Of a stretch of 64,000 nt of DNA, positions 12,201 through 24,200 are shown one piece after another; position 1 is the stretch's first letter, and every line of letters starts with the position of its first letter. Made by a program: the position numbers and the translations under genes. Origin of the DNA: a virus; the IMG/VR virus record IMGVR_UViG_3300025886_000014, positions 1,076-65,075 of that record; one strand, given 5' to 3'. Under the pieces are notes generated by a model. The model saw nothing but the letters and a program-made list of their open reading frames with translations, searched no databases and was not told where the DNA came from.

Positions 12201-15200
12201 TTTCTGATATATTAGTACCATCAATAAAGAAACCACTATCAGCATTTATTTTTCCATTAACATCAAAGGTAAAACTTGGAGAAAGTTTACCCACACCAAT
12301 AAATTTACTTGGAGACTTGTATGTGGTGTATGATGCACCTTCATCCCAAGGAGTTTCCAGAACTAATTTTTCACCGTTTACTTCAATATGACCATTGAAA
12401 ATTTCTAACGCTGGTTGTTCTGCTGCGCCTGTAATGGGTTCTTGTGTACCATGTATAACAACTTTACCACCAACAGCAAGACCAGTACCAGTAGTTAAAT
12501 TTCCTATAGTTGGACCTAATGTTTCAATTGCTTCTTGTCCAGCAGTTACACCAGTTACTCCACTAGTTCTAAGTTGAGTTTGAACACCAACTCTTGATGG
12601 ATTAGAATCCCAATGACTATAAGATATTTTACCAATACCAACTTTAGTACCATGTGTGGCTTCAAAGCCTGTTGGGTTTGTAAATTGTGCTTCACCGCGA
12701 CCAAGAGCCTTTTCAAGAGTGGTTAAATCGCCATACTTAGCAGAAAGAATGTGCTTAACTCTAAATGCTATAATATCTCCACCAACAACACTATCAAGTT
12801 TATCATTAATATAGGCAGAATCAGGCCAAGCAGTGCGAACAAGATCGTTAATATAATCTTCATCAATCATTTCAATAATTGCACTAGAGTCCGCACCAGA
12901 TGGATTAGCACCAAAAGAGTATCTTTCTGCTACATATGCACTATCAAAAAATTCAGTTGCTGAATCTGGTGTAATTTGATAATTAATAACATTAGTATAA
13001 TGATTTAGATAGATGTTACTATCAAGTCCACCAGTTGGAAGAATAACATCACCTTGATATGTTAATCCTTCAAGGTTAACATTACCATTAACATCTAGTG
13101 TATAATTTACATTAGTTTTATATACACCATTAGAATCTGGACCATATCTTAAATAACCAGGAGTTAAAGTTGCAGTACTATTATCTAAATTAATACCAAC
13201 AAACTCAAAATCATTAGCACCCTTATATACAAGATGTGACGCCCCACCACTTGGACTTTTTTGGAAGAATGTATCGTTAGTGCATGTCGTTCTAAGATAT
13301 TCTTTATTAATTATACCTTCAACATACTCTTGATCAGCCGCTGTCAAAATCCAAGCACTATCTGCTGCAACGTATCTGATATAATTGTAAAGTCTCATAC
13401 CTTGCATATAGAAATCATGCTCATTACCAGCAGCATCAGTTCCATTAACATTAATTGGACCATTTACTTCAAGAGCATATTTAGTTCCAGCCCTTCCATT
13501 TTCATTAACTTTTTCACAAGTAATATCAGTTCCACCATCACCATAGGAACCATATGCTGCCGCACTTTTATATTGTATAGCAGTTGCTGGAACAATATTA
13601 ATTTCATCTTGCTCAATTACAACTTGACCGCCTTGAATGGATAGAGTATTATCAGTTGATACTGTTGTTGCTGTTGTTCCGAGTCCAATACCAACACTGT
13701 TCGCTGCGCTATTTACTGCACCGCCGACTGTAATATTGGTTCCTAATCCCAAAGCATTTTGACCGTATACAGTAATATTTCTACCTAAACCAATACCACC
13801 TTGATTTCCTGCGGCTCCAGTAGCAGTAACTGTATTACCGATTGCAATAGCACCATGAGTGGCAATATTATTTCTACCAAGCGCAATCGCTTCAGTGTCT
13901 GAAGTATTACCTCTACCAAATGCTATAGAGTGTGTTGTATTGCTATTACCACTACCAAGATTTACCTCGTTATCATAACCAAATGCTAAACCTTCTTTTT
14001 GAACATCATTTGAAGAACCAAATGCTAGACCATTTAACTCAACAACATTTTGTTTACCAAATGCTAAACCACCATTTGCAGTAATTGTGTTTCCTATACC
14101 ATAGACCATAGCGGTTGAAGGTGTATTTGTACTGCTAGTTGAGGCTCCAGACTGACCACTACCATATACAGAAACATAACTATTACCTGAGTTATTAGAA
14201 CCGTAAATATTTGCTTTAGAGTTATTTGTGTTATCAGTTCCAACAGTAATGCCTGGAATAGAACTTGTTCCAGCACCCATTGTATTATTTTTACCAATAA
14301 CTACTGATTTGCTTCCAGCATCGTTTGAGTAACCAATAGATACTGCATCTTGCCTTGCGACATTGGGTAATGCTGAAGTACCACCACCTATTGCAACTGA
14401 TCTTGCACCTAAAGTTTTTACATATATACCCATAGCAGCAGTTGCACCCGCCGCTTGTACTGAACGGCCCATGGCAACAGCATAATTACCTGTATTTTGA
14501 ACGTAACTACCAATTGCAACACCACCAGTTTTAGATGTGCTATTAAGACCGAAAATAGTACTATAGTTGGCTCCACTATTACCTTGACCAACCATAACTG
14601 CGCCGGTCTTACCAACCACATTATTACCAATGGCAAATCCACCGCTACCAGAATAAGCATTATATCCTAATGCTATTGATCCTTGTGAACCGTGACTTCT
14701 AACATTTTTACCAATTGCTACACCATTGCTACCAGCAAAAACAGAACTACCAACCGCGACTGATTTTGATGATGCAGTACCTTGTGATCCAACAAAAACA
14801 CCACCAGTACCTGTCGCTTTACCGTCTGCACCAATAGCAACCGCACCAGTACCACTTGTCACATGAACATTTCTGCCCATCGCAACAGCATTTTTCCCAT
14901 GCACAGTAACTTCTTTACCAACACCAACCGCACCTTTTGCGCTACTTCTCATTATAATATTTTGGCCTACAGCGAGAGCATCTTCTTTTTGTAATAAATT
15001 ATCATTACCAATGGCAATTGTATATTGCTTATCTAACTGATTATTATTACCAATTGAAGTTGTATCTTCTTTTTTAACTACACTGTTAGCACCAATCATT
15101 AACGATCTATCAGATGTTCTATAAGCAAGTAAGTCTCTACCTATTGCTGTAACATTATTGGCAGTACTTGGATTCATCAATGGGAATGAGGATTGGTCAT

Positions 15201-18200
15201 TCGCAATACCAACATTATATCCAATCGTAATTCTATTTCCTAATGAAGTATTGAAAGCACCCGCTGAGTTAATTTTTGACCCAAGTGATACAATTTGTTC
15301 TTTGTTATAGATGAATGGATTATTTGGAACTGGAGTGCCGCTGGTATTATTAGTAGGTCTTGCAATAATACCAATACCCATAGCAACACTATTGCGCTGT
15401 GGCATATCAATACCTTGACCAAGTGCAACACTGTTATTGTTATTTTTAGATGCCGTTGTCGCAGATTTTTTGACTTCACCAACTTTTACATCAAAGCCCA
15501 ATGCAGTTGAGAAATGTGATGCTTTGGTGTTATTACCTATTGCAATAGACTGATAGCCGACTTCACTATCTTCCCAATAATTGGATGCCCCAAAACCATC
15601 AAGCGCACCTATTCTGAGCGCACCTCTCTGTGGTATCCACATAAATCTTGCTTCTGCGCCCTTATTAGGAACATTTCCACGAATAACAGTACTAACGTCA
15701 TTATCTGCAATACCAGCACCACCTGCACCAGTAGAAATACCACTTTGGAAATTATTGGATAAGAACATTACATTTCCAGAGTCAACAACAAATCTTGTTG
15801 CTAAATCACCAGTTAATAAGGTTTTCGGTCCTATAATAACCGCACCTTCATCATCATAGAAGATTTTCTTTTGAACCCCAAGAGACACATTTTCAATCTT
15901 CCAAGGAGTTTGAAGTCTTATACCAATATAATCTGAATCAACGATTCTACCAATATGCGAATCAAGATCAAGTCTATGAGTTTTTCGGAAAATGTTTAAA
16001 GATTTATCCGTATTTACTACATCAAAACTATCTACTAATATATGATGCAAATTACCAGTAGGTGTGGTAAAGGATTTACCACCAAGAACAGGAGAACCAT
16101 CAGATTCATATTTGAAAACTACGTTACCAGCATCAACCTTTGTATTATCAAATGTCTGGAAATGATTTGATGACCGATCAAAGAAATGTTGAAAGCGTTG
16201 ATATTTGTGATTTTCATGATTAGGATTAAGAACATTTTCTGGGAATGTTGTTCTATTTCCAGAACCATCAGATTCATATTTATAGAAGTCTACTGGTTCC
16301 CCAACAAACATACGTGACATTGAATCAAGAGTAAAGTCACCATTGGTAAGTTCAAAACTTCCCTTAACATGAATTTTGCCAGTGTTAGTTCCAACATCAA
16401 GTGGATCAATAGTGATTTCACTTGGTCCTCTAATCAAGGTTTGATAAGAACTATCAATTTTAGCAGTTTTGATGTATGCACTATCAACATCTAATTGACT
16501 AATTCTAGCACTATCAACAAGTAATTGGCTAACATAAGCATCATCAATTTGGGCATATTTGATATATGCACTATCAACCACATCCCATTTTAGTTGTTTT
16601 ATATAGGCACTATCAACATCTAATTGGCCTATGTTAGCACTATCAACAAGTAATTGACTGATATATGTATCTAAAATTTGATCTGCTTTAAGAATTTTAA
16701 TGTAAGCACTGTCAGCATCTAATTGACTAATTCTAGCACTGTCTGAAGTAAATTGTTTAATTGTAGCACTGTCAGTTACTATCAAATGACCAATTGTGGA
16801 ACTGTCAACAATTAATTGACTGATATAGGAACTATCAATTCTGGCGTACTTAATATAAGCACTATCAGAAATTAACTGATCAATTGAGGCTGAATCAGCA
16901 TCTACAAATTTAACACTTAAACTGTCTTGCATCACAACAGGTTTTGAGAATGTTACAGGTTTCAGAAAGTTTAATACTGGTAGTGGTGGATTTTGTAAAA
17001 TATCAACAACATGAGAATCCAAAGTAACTTGATATTGCACATCAACATAGCGTTGATTACCTGTAATCGTACCATTATAACTACCATCAGATTCTACTTT
17101 ACCTAATAAACCACCTATACCATCACTATCTTGTTTTAATTCTTGTTTTGTCCTTAAAGGTCCAAATAGGAAATCATTTCCTGGTCTAATCGCTAGATTA
17201 TTTACTGTAAATGTAACTGCATTAAGTCCAATAGGATCAGTAGTCGCCGTAACATTTTTAACTATATGTGAATCCATTCCCACTATAAGATGAGAATCAA
17301 ATGTAGTTTCTGGATTAATATTTTGATAATGACCATATGCGTCTTTAGTTGCGTCAATTAATGATCTTGGAACTACATGCGTAACTGTTTTCTTAGGACC
17401 AAAGAACCAAGTTTTTCCAGAATCAACGTGAACATCTGCATCAAATTGAATTCTTTTTCTATTTACTGGATCACCGCTACTTTCAAAATGCATACCACCT
17501 TTAACAACAAAACTATCATGTGTTGTTAGTCTAGAACCAGTATGAGGATATCCTGGATAGGCGGCATGTGCCATAGCCTCACTACCAAGAGTAACATGAC
17601 CAAATAAATTTGTTGGTCCGACAATTTCTGTTCTGCTTGTAAGTGTAGGAGTTCTATCTTGAATTGTGATTTTATCACCAAGAATCATACTCGCTGAATC
17701 TGTTACACCATAAGCAGATGGGAATAAACCAGGAACAACATTAAGATCACTAAACACTCTAATTTCAAATGAATCTACAATAGTAAAATCGCGGTCTTTT
17801 AATAATTGACCTTTTACTGTACCAATAGAGTCTGTGAGTTTAACAATTGGATCAACTACACCAAACAAAGAAAGTCCAGCATTAATAGCGAGAGAATTGC
17901 CAGCATTATCAATAATGTTAGAAACTCTTGGAATAGAAGTGCCACCAACCGCGATAATTCTATCACCAATAATAATGGATGGTTTAGAATTAGAATCATT
18001 CTGAGGAATAAGTTCTGCCCCATGAAGTTGTGTATCACTATTCAATACTGATGGTTCTTTAATATAAACATTTTTAAGTCTATTAGTATTCGTCATTAAG
18101 TTATGAGATGGTCCACCATATCCATACTGTGACGAATCAAAGAGTGTTCTGTTGCCTAATGAATCATAATCAATATATCTGTTTAGAAGTACTGTTGCTC

Positions 18201-21200
18201 CACCAGAAGTGGTTCTTGTAATTCGTAAGAAGTCAAAATTTACAGAATCTGTAAATGATAATACAATATGAGAATCTGCATCATTGGGTCCAAATGCATT
18301 TTGAATTTGAGTATTATTCAAAGATACTGTTTGAGTTTCTTGTACATAGTTGCTATCAATTGTAAATACATATGCTTCTTCAAGAACATTATCATGTCCA
18401 AGAACTTTTAGACCACCTCTTAAATGAGTGCTATCGCCAACATATAGACCGTTTTTCCCTTTTATTTGACTAGCATCATAAACACCAAGACCATCTCCAG
18501 AATCTCTGCCATTAAATGATCCAATTTTAACAGCACCACCAATATTAACAAAAGAATCAATATTAAAAAATCCAATGGTGGTTAATCCACCACCAATTGT
18601 TAAATCACTCTCAACATGTAAATTACCACCAATAAATGCACTGTCAGATGTGGTTAATCTTGTTACACCACTTAAACTCCCACCAATTTGCATACTATCG
18701 GCAAATGTAACTGGACCAGAAGCATCTAAAGATGTTACACCACTTAAACTTCCAGCAATAGTCACACTATCTTCAACTAAAAGATTTTTTTCAAACCTTG
18801 CGTTACCGCGAAGATCAAGATTATGAGTTGCCGAGTCGCCTCTTTTGTTAATAGCAACTTTTATACTGCCATCATAGTATAATCCACTTGCATGAGTTCC
18901 ATCATACAGTTGTCCTGGTGCGCCAATGTAAACCGCATTGAAACTATCGTGCTTCCAATAGTAATCAGAATCCCAAATACTAATAATATATGCAGAGTCA
19001 AGTAAACTTCTAAAGAATGCTTTTGATGCAGCACTCGCGCTGGGGTTTGCTGTAAATGTTTCTTGAAGAAAATCAGCGTCTATTTTACTTCTAATATATG
19101 GTTGGTCAATATAACCAGTTTGTCGCAACCAAGACTTGTTAGGCCAAGCAGTTTGTGAGCCACCATCGCCGCTAAAGACAATCGGTGGATTACTAAGATA
19201 ATCATCGCCTTCTTTATCTGTAGTTCTGATATTAATTCTACCTTGAACATCAAGTCCTATAGAATCTCCAACACCACTACTAAATGATGTATGTCTAGTA
19301 TTATAGGAAGCAAGTGTAAGGTTACTATCATCAGTAGCATCATCAATGGTAGTTCCAGTTTTACTTAGATTACTAGCGTAAGCAGCATTTCCACCACCAT
19401 TAATATCTGGATTCCAACCTGTCCATGTTTGGTTATTTGTAAGACCTATTGCTACAGTTTTATGTCCATCGTTTGGATTGTAAACAAGAGCATCTGGATA
19501 AATTACCCAAGAGTTGAATGAATCTACTCTTTGTTGTACATAGTCAGTATCAAAATAACTTACAACAGAACTAAGAATTTTACTATTAGGACGTAAAACA
19601 TAACTATCAAAACTTAAATTACCAATATAAAAACTATCATCAACCGAGTTGTCTAACCAACGAACTGATCCACCAATTCTAATACTATCAGCAAATGTAA
19701 TTGGACCAGAAGCAGTTAAAGATGTTACTCCAGAAACTGCCCCAGCAACAGTTAAATCGCCACCAATGGTCATACTATCCGTTGATTTAAATGTTGTCAC
19801 AGTTTGTATTGCGCCAGCCATATCAAGATTCGTGACGCCACTTAAACGCCCACCAATGGTCATACTATCCGTTGATTTAAATGTTGTCGCAGTTTGAATA
19901 GCACCCGCCATATCTAAATTAGTAACGCCACTTAAACGTCCACCAATTTGCATACTGTCAGTACCTTTATAGGTAGTAACAGTTTCCAAAGCCCCCGCCA
20001 TTTCCAAATTCGTGACACCGCTTAAACGTCCACCAATTTGCATACTGTCAGTACCTTTATAGGTAGTAACAGTTTCTAGAGAACCAGCCATATCTAAATT
20101 AGTAACGCCACTTAAACGTCCACCAATTTGCATACTGTCAGTACCTTTATAGGTAGTAACAGTTTCTAGAGAACCAGCCATATCAAGATTCGTGACACCG
20201 CTTAAACGTCCACCAATTTGCATACTGTCCGTTGATTTAAATGTTGTCGCAGTTTTAATTCCACCAGCCATATCTAAATTAGTAACGCCACTTAAACGTC
20301 CACCAATTTGCATACTGTCCGTTGATTTAAATGTTGTCGCAGTTTTAATTCCACCAGATAAAGTTACTGCGCCAGCAACGGTCAAATCCCCACTAATTTG
20401 AACACTATCTCCGATAACTGCTGTTGTACCCACATCTAATGAAGTACCTATAGTAACAGAATCTCCAAATTTACCATGAGTATTTACATCTAAATATCCA
20501 CCAGTTTTTAAATATCCAGTAGAAACATCAAGATTACCACCTACAACTAAATCTTTACCAATACCCACAGAATCATTAAGTGTTACCGTACCTTGAACAA
20601 TAAGATCACTATCTATAATTACACTAGATTTAAATCTTTTTGGTGCTATAGTACCAGCACCACCAGTAACAATAGGGAGTGCTTTTAACGATAAGTATTG
20701 CCCAAAGACAATTTCAGCAGTTGGTACGCCATTCGCTGCCGTACCAGCAGAATCAAATTGTGATGAATCATATGCTGTACCCACATTTGGAGTACCAGTT
20801 CCTAGTGTAATATTTCCTACTGCTCCCTTATTGCGAGTTGTCCCTTTTGATGTATTGACCCCTACGCGAGTGGATACATCAGCAAATGTCGCACCATCAT
20901 ATAATTCAAAACTATCACCTATCCCACCAACAACATTTTTAATCGCAAATATAGAATCGTTTAAGAATTGCCCTATATTAGTTAAACTTGGTAAATTAAA
21001 TTCAACAGTTTTACCATCAGTCAAAATACCATTTGTATTTCTTATGATAACAATACCTGGATTAGATTGTTCAATACTTACAACTGTTGCTGTTGGTAAC
21101 GCTACAGCAGGTTGTTCAATTTCTATTTGTTTATTTGAAGGATCAACTCCAGCAACATAATCTCTAATATCTTGATCATTAATAAGAATTGATGCTATAT

Positions 21201-24200
21201 AACTATCACCACCTACTTGATTTACACCGTTTACTTTGCTGCCACCAATTCTAAGCGTACCTCTAATATCTAAGGCATATTCAGCAGTATGTTTACCAAT
21301 AGCAACTTTGGTGTTATCAAGATATGTATCAAGTGCTGAATCAGGGTTATTTAAAATAATTTGATTTTCTTGATTTCCAGTAAGAGTAACATCTCTACCA
21401 ATGATAAAGTTTCCTTTACCATTTGTGGTATGTATTGTATTTCCTTGACCAAAAATGAAATTTTCTGAAACATTAGTTGCAGGAGTAACATTTATATAAC
21501 CAGTACTTCCACCAGCAACAGTATTATTAAAACCAATCCAATAATTTTTTGATTGTGTTCCTAATGATCCAACACCATAAACAAGAGGTCCACCAGAATA
21601 TATTTGATATGTTGAATGTGCAGTAGCAGAATCTTTATTTCCTTCACCAATGAAATACGAATTAGTTGATCGCATTTCATTTGGATTACCACTTGCACCA
21701 CCAATTACAACAGAATTCGCAACAGTTCTGGCACTACTTCCTATTTTATTATCATAACCACCAATATTAATAGAATAACTAGTGCTTAGATTTCCAGATG
21801 CATCTCCAATATCAGTATTATAACCACCAATATTTACCGAATATTCTGCGTCAATATGGGTATTATATCCACCAACATTTACTGAATAATTAGCATTTGT
21901 ACCAATATCGGTATTCTGACCTGCAATATTTGCACTGTAGGAAGCATCAATATCATTATTATATCCACCCAGATTTATAGAATAGTTGGCATTTGCGGTA
22001 ATTTGCAGACCGCGACCACCAACAGTTGTGTTCCAACGTCCACCCGTCAAAGTATTTGAGTAACCACCAACACTAACATTATTTTCTCCACTAATGTTAA
22101 TGTTGTATCCACCTAAACTAGCATTACCTGTCGTACTCGCACCAGAAGAAATGGTGACACTTTGACCACCAACAATTACACCGTAACTGCCAGAAAGAGA
22201 ATTAGATACCCCACCAATTATTGCATTATAATCACCACTTATTGCACTTGAATATGATGAGAAAATTCCAGATGTTGTTGATGCTGATGTGATATCATTA
22301 TTATATCCACCTATTATAACACCAATATCGCCAGCAAGATCATTATGCTGACCACCAACAATCGCACCCCACTCTGCATCAGCAGTCGTTTCATTAATAT
22401 AACCACCTGCTATAATGTTATAGTTACCAAGCATATTGTTTTGGTAACCACCAACATTTGTGTTATATGTTCCACCAACAGTTAATGCATATGATCCACC
22501 AAAGTTACTACTATAGTTTCCAGTTACATTAGTCCTATTACTAGTAGAATTGGTATAACCACCAATATTTGTAGCGTATTGTCCATCCGCTTTTAAATAT
22601 CTACCACCAATAGCAACACTATAGTTTCCATCAACTCTACTCTGATCACCCCCAAGAACAACTCCATAGTCTCCATCAACTCTATTAAAGTACCCCATAC
22701 CAATAGAATGTGCGCCAATAGTATCATTTCTATGATCAGCATTTGCATTAATTTGACCAACTCTAAATACATCACCCAAAGGATAGTATGCCATAAGAGA
22801 AACATTTGAAGAAACATTACTAAAACTAGAAAGTGCTTTAGTAGTATCGGCAGAATCAAAGAATGGTTCACCTTGACCTATTTTACTTGTATATGATCCA
22901 CTGTAATTTCCTCTAAAGATAAATCCACGATTTCCTTCTGCTTCCACAGGTACATTTGGAACCGCGACATGCATACCAATAGGCTTATTACCATTTGTAT
23001 ATGTGATTTGAAGTCCATTATCACTCCACGGTGAATTTTGCAGTAGTGTCCCATCTGGTAGTAATTTAAGATTTTCTCCACTATAGATAAGATCACCAGT
23101 TACATAAAGATTACCAACTCCACTTGAAACAGGCACTGCCATTCTTGTTAAATCAGAATCACTACCAATTGTAACATTACCGCCTTGAATAGACATAAAG
23201 TTATCATGAGTGTTTGAAAGTGGTATAAATTCTCCAACAGTACCAGCCTGACCAGTACCCAAGTTAATACCAATAGAGCGGTCACCACCAACATTAACAT
23301 TTTTACCAAAAGCAAAAGAACCTTGAGCCGTACTAGGGAAAGTTATACCTTCACCGAATGCAAAGTTATAGGAACCTGCAATATTATGTGAAAACCCAAG
23401 TGCTACTGAATTGGTTGCCGAAACCGTATTTCCAGCAGCACTTGTACCACCTATAGCAATTGATGCACTGCCTGTTATTTGATTTCCTATACCAATCGCG
23501 ACTGCACCAGTACCGCTTGTAACTTGAGTGTCACCAATAGAAATTGATTTATCACCAACTCCTGTATTGGCCTTACCAATCGCGATTCCTTGCGATGAAG
23601 TTATTTGATTACCTTCACCAAAAGCAATACTGGTTAATGCATTGGCACTAACGATATTTTCTTTACCAATCGCAATACTAGTTGTAGCACCAGCATTAAT
23701 AATTGACTTAGTTCCAGAAACAAATGAACCATCCGCATACGTTTCAGAAGAATCTCCTTGAGCATATGAAGCAGTTCCTTTAGCAATGGTATTTTTACCA
23801 AATGCTGTGGAATAAGTACCCATTTCAGTATTTTTGATTGTGCCTGTTACGAAATATCCAGCCCTAAATCTTGCTTTAGCAGGATCAAACATCATTCTGG
23901 ATTTATCACTATCTAAATCTACAACAATTTGATATTGATCATTTATACTTGGACTTCCAGCCCCCACAGTATTTAAAGCATAATATTGTGCTGACGTATT
24001 TAATCTTCCAGATACTTGAAAAAGATTACCTATAAGAGTGGTATCTGTTCTGAAATCAAATGCATGTGCTGGTCTATTAGTACCAATACCAATTCTGGCT
24101 CCGATTTGAAATACGTCAGTAACTCCAGGTTCTCTTATAGTAGGTAAATAGAAAACATCATTAATATCATAAGGAGAGAATTGCTTTTCAAAAATACCGC

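Noticed and set aside
19760-20360. Regular direct repeats that could be mistaken for a CRISPR array
   Set aside because: The 90-nt units are contiguous, in-frame coding repeats with no unique spacers, and there are no cas genes.
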